A stretch of DNA of 64,000 nucleotides from Gammaproteobacteria bacterium (lineage in GTDB: Bacteria > Pseudomonadota > Gammaproteobacteria > GCA-2400775), in the NCBI GenBank assembly GCA_013151045.1, contig JAADIY010000028.1, positions 8,335 through 72,334 on the forward strand, in the 5' to 3' direction. Positions 20,316 to 29,319 of this stretch are shown piece by piece; the stretch's first letter is position 1; each line of letters opens with the position of its first letter. Under the pieces are notes generated by a model. That model worked only from the letters and a program-made list of their open reading frames with translations. It had not been told where the DNA came from and ran no database searches. The translations under genes and the position numbers were made by a program.

Positions 20316-20768
20316 TTATTTATAAATACGCAGGCTCGCCATTGCATCGTCATAAACCGTGGCAGACTCAAACTGACCGCGGTGAAACACATACTGACGT
20401 TTTTTACCTGACATATCCAAACCAGTAAGCCCAAACGACTTTCCGGCGTAGTCAGAAAAAAAGCGCACCTCTTTAACCAGAGACACGTGATCGTTGCTAC
20501 GCAGCCTGAGCGTGACATGCTGCTTACTCACACTTAGCGCAACGGGCGCACTAGGCAGCAGCATCAAGCGTCCAGACAATATTCGATTAGCACCGATAAA
20601 ACCCATAAAACAGGCAAGAAACATTAGCAAATAAGCTAAGGGTTGATTGCCTTGGTACCATAACACTAAGGCATAGGCACCAAGCAGTATCACTACTGGC
20701 AGATAAAGCAGTGCATCCCAAGCCGCGCCACGACGATCGGGCGCCAAACTATAATCTTGTTTCGCCAC
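20316..20768 (-). CDS. membrane protein, hypothetical
   Basis: 150 aa, 2 N-terminal TM plus soluble domain. Confidence 0.45.
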   Translation of the reverse strand: MAKQDYSLAPDRRGAAWDALLYLPVVILLGAYALVLWYQGNQPLAYLLMFLACFMGFIGANRILSGRLMLLPSAPVALSVSKQHVTLRLRSNDHVSLVKEVRFFSDYAGKSFGLTGLDMSGKKRQYVFHRGQFESATVYDDAMASLRIYK

Positions 20769-20771
20769 TAC

Positions 20772-21290
20772 TTAACCTGCTTCAGGGTTTAGCTTCGCAG
20801 CCAGTGTCTCAGATATGATGGCATCCATTTCACCGTACAACATACGGCCTGGTCGCTTAAACTTCACCTGCTTATCCGCGCCAATAACGAATGTCCAAGG
20901 ATCACCTTGAACGCCAAAGGCGGTGAACGCTTCTGGGTTTTGATACTGATCCATATGCAAAAACAACACATCGTCTTCATATTTATTCAATATCGCTTTA
21001 AGCATCTGTAATTGTTTATCACATACTGTGCAATGCCCTGGGGTAGCAAACTCTAGCAATATTGTTTTATTCTGCGCCAAGGCCTCATCAATCGACAATT
21101 GATACATACGCGCATCTGGCTGGCGGTACGTCGTGATACGACTAAAATCACCACTAACATCTGCTAATGTCTTGGTCTTCAATGACGGCGCATACTCACC
21201 TACACGTAACTGGCCTTCAGGCGTAATGTCACACGCACTCAGCATCATTGTTAACGCTGCAGCCGTCAGCAAACTCGCATATGATTTCAT
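20772..21290 (-). CDS. thioredoxin-fold lipoprotein (TlpA/ResA/Sco-like thiol-disulfide oxidoreductase)
   Basis: 172 aa; lipobox MLSAC; FATPGHCTVCD CxxC motif. Confidence 0.55.
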   Translation of the reverse strand: MKSYASLLTAAALTMMLSACDITPEGQLRVGEYAPSLKTKTLADVSGDFSRITTYRQPDARMYQLSIDEALAQNKTILLEFATPGHCTVCDKQLQMLKAILNKYEDDVLFLHMDQYQNPEAFTAFGVQGDPWTFVIGADKQVKFKRPGRMLYGEMDAIISETLAAKLNPEAG

Positions 21291-21320
21291 TTCACTAACC
21301 TCAAGTTAAGCATTCAGCAA

Positions 21321-21860
21321 TTAAGCGCTGCTAGGAACATCTTTTTCCCAACCAACACAGCTGCGAAAAACGTTATAACCCCAGATACAATTTGCCAATA
21401 GCACCATAGAACCAAAAATTCCCATAGCCGCGAGCCAGGGCTTAATAACCGCTTCCACCTCACTAGGAGGCAAACTCACGCTAGCAGTTCCACCCAATAT
21501 GCCGGCAATGGTAAATAAACTCACCATACCGATCAAACCAATATTGTGTATCCAGAAATGCACTTTAACCAGCTTCAAACTATAAATCGGTCGTTTCACC
21601 AAACGCGGCACAAAATAATAGACCGCAGCAAAAATCGCCATTTCCACCCAACCCAATAAATTAACATGGGTATGAGCACGCACTATCAACTGACCATGAG
21701 CACGGTGATCGACAAAGTGGCGTAGCTCGGCGATGCCGCCCATCAAAGCACCCCAAGAAAAGCCAATGATGCTATAAATGATACAAGCGTAGAGAAACAA
21801 TAAGGTATAGCGTGTGTACTCTACGTCGTCCTCCCAAGGAGCATTGTTCGAAACACTCAT
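21321..21860 (-). CDS. membrane protein resembling the C-terminal helices of heme-copper oxidase subunit I (paralog of 6600-7115)
   Basis: 179 aa; RAHTHVNLLGWVEMAIFAAVYYFVPR motif; start ATG overlaps the stop of the upstream cytochrome c (ATGA). Confidence 0.5.
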   Translation of the reverse strand: MSVSNNAPWEDDVEYTRYTLLFLYACIIYSIIGFSWGALMGGIAELRHFVDHRAHGQLIVRAHTHVNLLGWVEMAIFAAVYYFVPRLVKRPIYSLKLVKVHFWIHNIGLIGMVSLFTIAGILGGTASVSLPPSEVEAVIKPWLAAMGIFGSMVLLANCIWGYNVFRSCVGWEKDVPSSA

Positions 21861-22497
21861 TGCTCAGCATCCGGACCTTGGCCAACACCACCTGTAGGCG
21901 CAGAGGTATCACCACTAAAATCTTTGGTACGGATATCTTGATACTTATCCTTCCAGCTTTCGGGCGCCCAAATGCTCAACATACTGTCGATGAAAACCGA
22001 TTCCCCTTTAGGCGGAATAGGTGAAGTCGAAGCACCCTGCTGAGAACGCAGCTCTGATAAGAACGTTGCAACGGCATAGAGCTTATCTTCGCCAAGCTCA
22101 GCAACATAAGCCGCTTCTTTACCTAAACCATGATCAATCGTCGCCGCATGATAAGTTTCTTTATAAATTGGCTCGGGATCGCTTAAAAAGCTCCCCAGCC
22201 ATTCATGACTACGGCGCGAACCAATCCAATACCATCAAGCGTTGTTTGACCGCCCATACTCGTGCCCGACAAAAAAGCACGATGACAAGAACTACATCCA
22301 TTACCCTTAAAAATTCGATGGCCTAAGTTACCATTTTCAGATAGGTCAAAACTCGTTAGATTCGAAAAAATCTGTTTCTTAGTAGTCAATCGATAACCTT
22401 CAAGCGCCACATAGCCTACTAATGCAACCACTATAAAAATCCCGGCGATGCCAAATAATACTTTTTCGCCACGCTTTAGACTAGATTTTGCCGCCAT
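21857..22497 (-). CDS. membrane-anchored mono-heme c-type cytochrome, two apparent homopolymer frameshifts
   Basis: N-terminal TM plus CSSCH in the 22183-22497 ORF; the sequence continues in two other frames (DPEPIYKETYHAATIDHGLGKEAAYVAELG ... then ESVFIDSMLSIWAPESWKDKYQDIRTKDF ... DAEQ*); shifts sit at the A5/C4 runs at 22185-22197 and the C5 run at 22003-22007. Confidence 0.5.
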
Positions 22498-22601
22498 GAC
22501 AACCTCAACAAATAAAACAGATAAAAGAAAAGGGTGGACAAGCCACCCTTTACCAAGTTCAAGCTTGCACCAAACTAATGGCGCAACATCAACATGCCAG
22601 C

Positions 22602-23366
22602 TTAGTGCTTATAGGGCACATGACGCGCAGGTAAGCGCGAGTTACCCAAGCTATATGGAGAAGCTTCTTTGGTTGATAAATAAGCAGCAACATTATTAAT
22701 GTCTTCATCAGACATATTTTTAGCCACATTACGCATGACTGCTTGTGGATCGTTCGCACGCGAACCATCACGCCATTTCTTCATCTGCGCAACAAGGTAA
22801 GTATATTTTTGCTGGCCAATCATTGGGAACATTGGCTCCACACCACGACCGTTATAGTCATGGCAAGAACGGCATGCTGCAACGCTTTTTTCGCCGATAC
22901 CGTGATTAACAATCGACTTACCAAGATATGTTTCACCCACCTCAACACCATTCGCTCTCAAAGTGTTCAAATCAGAAACAGACTTATCAACAGTTTCACG
23001 ATCATGCTGCCATTCAGCAATATAAGCAGAGACATCCAAACGCTCTTGAGCTGTTAAGCCCTTAGCATTTGAGTTCATGATGTACATAGTCGTGTCTTCA
23101 CGCTTGTCATCTGCATAGTCTTGCAGCTGCTTAGCGATAAACTGGAAAATTTGGCCCGCTAAACGAGGAGTACCTAAATCGTCGCTACCCATACCATCAG
23201 GCATATGGCAACCGGAACATGCTGGAACGCCAGTGTCTTCCTTGCCGTTGTTATAAATATTTTCACCATTTGCCAAATCAACGGTAAGACCGCCAGCGGA
23301 CGCAGAACTTACTGCAAACGCAAAAGCAAAAAGCGAACCCACTGCAAACTTAGTTGAGTAACGCAT
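22602..23366 (-). CDS. di-heme cytochrome c4-like protein
   Basis: Signal peptide MRYSTKFAVGSLFAFAFAVSSASA with a GGAGGG RBS; two CxxCH motifs (CSGCH, CRSCH). Confidence 0.7.
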   Translation of the reverse strand: MRYSTKFAVGSLFAFAFAVSSASAGGLTVDLANGENIYNNGKEDTGVPACSGCHMPDGMGSDDLGTPRLAGQIFQFIAKQLQDYADDKREDTTMYIMNSNAKGLTAQERLDVSAYIAEWQHDRETVDKSVSDLNTLRANGVEVGETYLGKSIVNHGIGEKSVAACRSCHDYNGRGVEPMFPMIGQQKYTYLVAQMKKWRDGSRANDPQAVMRNVAKNMSDEDINNVAAYLSTKEASPYSLGNSRLPARHVPYKH

Positions 23367-23888
23367 TACAACACCCTCCAAAAAAACTGTGTCGAGGCCG
23401 TGACCGACCTTTTATTAACTTCATGACTACCGCATTCAACGAACATTTCGCTGCAGCAATCTATAATTCAAATTTGGGAAGCTTCAAGCCTACCAAATAA
23501 CGGTTCGCTTAAGAGCTTTTCTTCAGCAAAAACCAAGCAAATCCCCAAGCTAGTGGGAACCAAATCGCGTAAAGTATGACTACGTCTGCAGTCTCTAGCA
23601 TGGCTAACCTCTGATTATCTTAATGATTCATAAAATGAATAAAACGGGCGACTGTATACCATGAAAACAGCACTCAGCGCAAGCTCAGTTATGCCATTAT
23701 AGCGTCAATATTGGCACTGTTTTTAACCCAAACCACCCTTCTAATAGATTGATTTTTAACGAAAATTAAGCTGTCAATGAAAAACAAAAACAGCACAGCA
23801 AAAAATTTTAGCCCAACTGCATTAGATGACCACAGACAGAGTTTCCGGTATGCTCCGCAGCCATCTCCAACGGCGGCAATTCTAAGCC

Positions 23889-25280
23889 ATGATTAATGAC
23901 AAAATCAAACAGCGCGGACTCATTCTAATCACCCTACTGGTTTGGGGTGGGCTCATTCTGTGGTTCAAATTGGTGCAATTTAGCCCTTACGGTATTGAAG
24001 AAGGGGCCTCGCGTGCGCTGTTACTCATGTGGTCATTGGCTGAACGCGTTAACACAACTGCGGTTTTATTAACGCATGACTTTCGCACACTAATTTTTGT
24101 TCCGCTAGCACTGTATTGGAGTGGCAGCCTAGTCGCAGCCAAAGTGTTCACTCTACTCGCATTTTTTGCCGGCACGCTGTTTTTTTACCGCTGGGCAGTG
24201 AAACACCTTGACGGCGAAGTCGCTTTAATTGCAAGTGGACTACTGCTGATAGCGCCATTAAGTTTGCAACAAATTGATGCCATGGGCGCAGGCGTCTACT
24301 TGCTGCTTACATTCGGCCTAGGCAGCTGGCTCGACCAACGTATTCGCGACCAAGAAAAGTTGCTATCAGCTTGGTACTTCATCCATATGGTCGTTATTGC
24401 AGCGATCATCAGCATGCACCCTATCGGCTTAGGCTATGCTTTAGGCATATTGTGGAGCTGGCAACGCAAGCCTATCAACAACAAATTACAGAAGCAGATA
24501 TTGATCGGTGTTGGCGTTAGCGCAATCATCATCGGCTTACTGCAAGCGGGCTGGATACACATCGAATGGTTTAATAACCCCATCACAACACTAGGTAGCG
24601 CAATATTCAAAATTGACGATGCCAATAGTGGTGCAGCTTGGTTTGCTGGCGCGCTGGTACTTACTCTGTTCGCCATTGCCGCCATTCGCTCACGTCAATT
24701 TATAGTCGGTAACAGCCTAGCAAGCAGCCTCCTACTCGCCAGCCTGATTGGTCTGCTGTGTGCTGACAAAGTCTGGGCGCTACTACTGCTCACATTGCTG
24801 CTATACCTTGGCACACAGCAGCTTATCCACGCGCAAAAATTTGGCATGCGCGGATTCATGGCGCAACGAGGCCTAGCATTAATGCTGCTCTTTATTATTG
24901 CTTTTGTCTTCATGCAAGGTGATAAAGCGCACTACAACACCTTGGCGCGCGGTGATTTTGGTGAAAATGATCGTCTTATTGCAACGCTGGTCGCCTCGAT
25001 CAAAGACGATAAACAAAAACTCCAAATTAGCAGTCAATGGCCTGGGCGCACTATGCTAGCGATCAAACAAGCTACTTTACCGCTACCACCGGTTAGTGAC
25101 GACGATGCGTATTTTATCGAGATTACCAAAGGCTTTACCCACATTATTTTTGATCATACCGACCCTAAAAACACCGCCTTAGCACGACAAATTGCTCGCT
25201 TAAGCGGCAACATGTCGACCTTAACGCGGGAACCTGGTGGGGTGATTATCGAAGTCCAAGCAAAGGATAAGACGCCCTAG
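23889..25280 (+). CDS. polytopic inner-membrane protein, hypothetical (GT-C/ArnT-like topology, unconfirmed)
   Basis: 463 aa, about 11 TM. Confidence 0.45.
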   Translation: MINDKIKQRGLILITLLVWGGLILWFKLVQFSPYGIEEGASRALLLMWSLAERVNTTAVLLTHDFRTLIFVPLALYWSGSLVAAKVFTLLAFFAGTLFFYRWAVKHLDGEVALIASGLLLIAPLSLQQIDAMGAGVYLLLTFGLGSWLDQRIRDQEKLLSAWYFIHMVVIAAIISMHPIGLGYALGILWSWQRKPINNKLQKQILIGVGVSAIIIGLLQAGWIHIEWFNNPITTLGSAIFKIDDANSGAAWFAGALVLTLFAIAAIRSRQFIVGNSLASSLLLASLIGLLCADKVWALLLLTLLLYLGTQQLIHAQKFGMRGFMAQRGLALMLLFIIAFVFMQGDKAHYNTLARGDFGENDRLIATLVASIKDDKQKLQISSQWPGRTMLAIKQATLPLPPVSDDDAYFIEITKGFTHIIFDHTDPKNTALARQIARLSGNMSTLTREPGGVIIEVQAKDKTP

Positions 25281-25320
25281 CGTTTATCTGCCTCTTAGCT
25301 GCTATGGCGTTAAAGCGCGG

Positions 25321-26141
25321 CTAGCGCTGACACTGACCACAATAAACCGTCGCACGCTGACCTAAACGTACCAACTTGAGTGTTGCACCGCAAGACTGAC
25401 AAGGCTGTCCGTCACGACCGTAGACTTTGTGCTCAAAAGCAAAATAACCTGGCTTACCATCGCTGTTAACAAAATCACGTAATGTCGAGCCACCACTCTC
25501 GATTGCCGCCTGTAACACACGTTTTATTTCAACCGCCAAAACGTCATAACGCTTTAATGAAATGCGCCCTGCTGCACGCAGAGGATGAATGCCTGCCATA
25601 AATAACGCTTCATTGGCATAAATATTACCAACCCCTGCCACAACACCCCTATCCATAATTACATTCTTCACCTCACAGCCGTATTGCGACCGCGCGAACG
25701 ATGGTGCAAATGATACCCATCAAACTCGTCTGATAAAGGTTCTGGACCGATTTTTTTAAGCAAAGCATGCTCAGGTTCATCACTGCGTAACCACAACACA
25801 CTGCCAAAACGCCGCGGATCGTGCAGCCTTAAACAACCACCGTTTTTTAATAACACATCAACATGATCATGTTTATTCGGCGATTTCGTTTCATTCAGAT
25901 AACGTAAACTCCCTGACATGCCAAGATGAATCATCATCGACCCGACGGTACTTTGCAGGAGCAAATATTTTCCTCGACGCACAACCTCGTCAATAGTTTG
26001 CCCAGCAAACTCAAGCTCCAAACTTTTAGGCACACCATAGCGAAGCTTATAATTACGCACAACAACCTCAGCCACACGCTGACCTTGAATATGTGGCGCA
26101 ATACCACGTCGTGTCGTCTCAACTTCAGGCAACTCTGGCAT
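25321..26141 (-). CDS. mutM: formamidopyrimidine-DNA glycosylase, apparent single-base frameshift
   Basis: N-terminal [12 protein letters not shown] in ORF 25668-26141; C-terminal zinc finger (CQSCG ... CGQCQ) and H2TH domain in ORF 25321-25671; the junction near 25668-25676 is repaired by one extra G. Confidence 0.75.
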
Positions 26142-26186
26142 ACATCGGCTCTTTTAATAAAAACAGTAATCAATCAGCAACTGTAG

Positions 26187-27566
26187 CTACACTGATATAC
26201 GGCGGCGGCGCCACCAAATAATGATCCCACTCAGCATTAATAAAGCGGGTATGACTATCAAAAAACCAATAGCAATTAACTGAGATTGAAACAGTGTCAG
26301 CGTTAACTCTCTATCACCGCGTTCAATGACAGGAATAGCAATCAGATTATCATCTGCACTTAACCAATTTATCAAACGCAAACCGAGACTAAGATTGCCT
26401 GCATTACCAACATATTGATTGGAAATAAAATCGCCATCACCCAGCACAATAATACGTTGCGCCTTATCTTGATAACTATCAGCGCTAACTTGACGCCGAA
26501 TAGACAAAGCAACAGAGACAGGACCCGGCACATCATCGTCACCTAATCTAACATTGCCGGAGAGATCGCCACGCTCAAGCCAACTTTGCTCACCGCTTTG
26601 CAATACCGTCTCATGCTGCCAATCTTTACTCTCGTCATTAGCCATCACCGCAGTGATTTGCGGAAACAGGGTCGTCGCTTCAAATTTTTGCCACAAGGGG
26701 TGGTTCGGATAATTGGCAATAATAGAAAAAGTTGGATTATCAATACCTACCAAACGTGCTAAAGGATCAACCACCGTTGCCTTATCAACTGTGATGGCCA
26801 GGTGATCTGCCAAAGGCGTTAAACCGACCTCCTCATCAGGATCTGTTAGCCACAATAAATTACCGCCGCCATCGATATACCTCAGCAAGTGATCTATCTC
26901 ACCGGGCAACCAATTAAGTTGTGAACTGGCTATGATCAAGGTCGCCACATTATTCGGCACCCCGCCGCTCTCAGAGAGGTTAACGTTAGCAATGTTAAAT
27001 CCCTGCGTCTTGAGCTCATCAACCCAGGTTGATAAGTCATGGTTTGCTTTGCCCTCAGATTTGCGCTCACCATGCCCCACAACGAAAGCCAGCCATCGCT
27101 CGCCTTGGCGTAACAAACGTTGCAGACCGCTACTAAATGCTTGCTCACGTAAGCTTTTAATATGCTCGGTTGCGCCACTATCAGAACCGGTCATGGTCAA
27201 AACCATTTCACCATCAACTTCAATATTAAGATCACGTATCAGTTGTGGCTCTGCACCAGGGTCGACAAATGACAAGTCAATATCTGCTTTGTAACGACGG
27301 TAGCGGTCAACCAATTGCATAATTGCTTTACGCACTAGCGGACTGCTTTCACGTGCGTAGGCGGTGACCGTTAACGATGGTTTCACTTCGGCGAGCACGG
27401 CAATACTCTTCTCTGATAAAGTATTGCGCTCTGTTTGCGTCCAATCAAATTGCTTATTTGCTTGCAATAGCAACCAATACGCGGCGAATGCCAGCAGCAT
27501 GACAATTAGAAAAAATAGAATAGAATTAATACGCCGGATGACTTGATTGTTAGTGCTAGCCATCAA
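26187..27566 (-). CDS. GldG-like ABC-transporter-associated periplasmic protein
   Basis: 459 aa; N- and C-terminal TM; co-oriented with an ABC-2 permease and ATPase. Confidence 0.5.
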   Translation of the reverse strand: MMASTNNQVIRRINSILFFLIVMLLAFAAYWLLLQANKQFDWTQTERNTLSEKSIAVLAEVKPSLTVTAYARESSPLVRKAIMQLVDRYRRYKADIDLSFVDPGAEPQLIRDLNIEVDGEMVLTMTGSDSGATEHIKSLREQAFSSGLQRLLRQGERWLAFVVGHGERKSEGKANHDLSTWVDELKTQGFNIANVNLSESGGVPNNVATLIIASSQLNWLPGEIDHLLRYIDGGGNLLWLTDPDEEVGLTPLADHLAITVDKATVVDPLARLVGIDNPTFSIIANYPNHPLWQKFEATTLFPQITAVMANDESKDWQHETVLQSGEQSWLERGDLSGNVRLGDDDVPGPVSVALSIRRQVSADSYQDKAQRIIVLGDGDFISNQYVGNAGNLSLGLRLINWLSADDNLIAIPVIERGDRELTLTLFQSQLIAIGFLIVIPALLMLSGIIIWWRRRRISV

Positions 27567-28305
27567 CCCTCTCCCTATGTAAATGACGTATCGTCAAGAT
27601 AAGAAAAGCGCTAGCGATCAATAAAAAATAACTCACGCTAGCAATGTCGACCAAACCACTGAGCAAAGACTGATAGTGAAAACTCATTGAAAAATGATTA
27701 AGCGAACTCTCTTCACCACTCAGGCTAGCGCCACTATCAACAATCCATAACAACAATACCAAAGCAAACGTCGCTATTGCCGCAATCGCCGAATGCACGG
27801 TTAGTGACGACATATATAGGCCTATTGCAGCAATAGCTGCAATTAATAAAAAGATCGCCATTAATGCCGCGACAATGTGTCCTAAATCAAGCTGCGTGCC
27901 CAAACCAAGCGATACCGCCATCAAACACACCAGCAGCCAAGTGACAGCAAAAAAAACGAGCACTGAAAAATATTTTCCTAACACAATCGCGCGAATTGAA
28001 ATCGGCGAACTCGATAATAATACCCATGTATGTAAACGCTTTTCATCGCTTAACAAACGCATGGTAATTAATGGAATAACGGCCATTAACATCGTTGGCA
28101 CGTTGCCCAAGGTTTTTAATACAACCAGTACCGTTGCACCGGGTGATTCCGTAGCTAAGGCCAACTCATCTTGTTGCGCGATGAATGCATCAATATTTAA
28201 CAAAAAGATATACGCTAGTAACAGTTGCACTAGCGCCAACACCACCCACGCCAAGGGTGATAAAAATAAGTTACGTAACTCATGGCGCAGTACATGCAAT
28301 ATCAC
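27556..28305 (-). CDS. ABC-2 family permease (GldF-like)
   Basis: 249 aa, 6 TM. Confidence 0.6.
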   Translation of the reverse strand: MILHVLRHELRNLFLSPLAWVVLALVQLLLAYIFLLNIDAFIAQQDELALATESPGATVLVVLKTLGNVPTMLMAVIPLITMRLLSDEKRLHTWVLLSSSPISIRAIVLGKYFSVLVFFAVTWLLVCLMAVSLGLGTQLDLGHIVAALMAIFLLIAAIAAIGLYMSSLTVHSAIAAIATFALVLLLWIVDSGASLSGEESSLNHFSMSFHYQSLLSGLVDIASVSYFLLIASAFLILTIRHLHRERVDG

Positions 28306-29249
28306 CGTCTCACCTCATCCGTAGTGATATCTACAAATACCTGTTCAAGATCCATTTGCTGCGGACTCAACTCATATAGACCCAAGCCCTGCGATACCGC
28401 ATATTCGGCCACTCGCTCAGCTGGATGATTGCTCTCATCAATATCGATAAGAAAACGCAAATCGCCAATTTCTTTAATCGCCAACACCCCGGGTATCGCT
28501 AGCAATGCTGCATGATCTGGCGGTTGGCGAAGCGATAGCAGTAAATTCTTAGCCGCCATCTTTGCCGACAGCGCGGCAATGTCATCGGCGAATACGATGC
28601 GGCCGTGATTGAGAATTTGCACGCGATCACACACAGCCTCTACTTCAGGCAAGATATGTGTAGATAAAATGACGCCGTGGTCTTGCGCCAACTCGCGAAT
28701 TAATGTGCGAATTGCTCGAACCTGCACTGGATCAAGGCCAACAGTCGGTTCATCCAATACAATTAACGCTGGCAAATGCACTATCGCTTGCGCAATACCC
28801 ACACGCTGCTGATAACCCTTGGATAATTGGCCTATAATGCGGCGTCCGACCTCACTTAAACCACAACGCTGTTTTGTTTCGTTAATGCGCTGGCTTCGTT
28901 GCGCCTTGGCTATGCCACGTAAACCAGCACAATAATCCAGATACTCATCTACCGTTAAATCACGGTATAGCGGCGGCTGTTCTGGCAAATAACCGAGCTG
29001 ACGTTTCGCATTGATAGGGTCTTTGACAACATCATAGCCGGCAACAGTGATTGCTCCACGCGTCGGTGCTAATACACCACATAGCATATTCATCGTCGTC
29101 GATTTGCCCGCACCATTAGCACCCAAAAACCCGAGTACTTCACCTTTTTTTAGATAAAAACTGACCTCATGTACCGCTATTAACTCACCATAATGCTTGC
29201 CAACAGCATCAACACTAACCAATATTTGCTTATCCAATGTTGGCACCAA
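28302..29249 (-). CDS. ABC transporter ATP-binding protein
   Basis: Walker A GANGAGKST, signature LSKGYQQRV, Walker B LDEPTVGLD. Confidence 0.85.
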   Translation of the reverse strand: MVPTLDKQILVSVDAVGKHYGELIAVHEVSFYLKKGEVLGFLGANGAGKSTTMNMLCGVLAPTRGAITVAGYDVVKDPINAKRQLGYLPEQPPLYRDLTVDEYLDYCAGLRGIAKAQRSQRINETKQRCGLSEVGRRIIGQLSKGYQQRVGIAQAIVHLPALIVLDEPTVGLDPVQVRAIRTLIRELAQDHGVILSTHILPEVEAVCDRVQILNHGRIVFADDIAALSAKMAAKNLLLSLRQPPDHAALLAIPGVLAIKEIGDLRFLIDIDESNHPAERVAEYAVSQGLGLYELSPQQMDLEQVFVDITTDEVRR

Positions 29250-29319
29250 ACATGACAGCTATAACCTTTACCGTTATCATTATTGTTTTAAAAATGATCA
29301 TTAACTGTAGAAACTAACA

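Noticed and set aside
23382-23888. Searched the divergent intergenic region, and the promoters of the oxidase cluster, for FNR/ANR boxes (TTGAT-N4-ATCAA) and for sigma-54 -24/-12 elements
   Set aside because: No convincing match by eye; only partial half-sites, so no regulatory site is claimed there.
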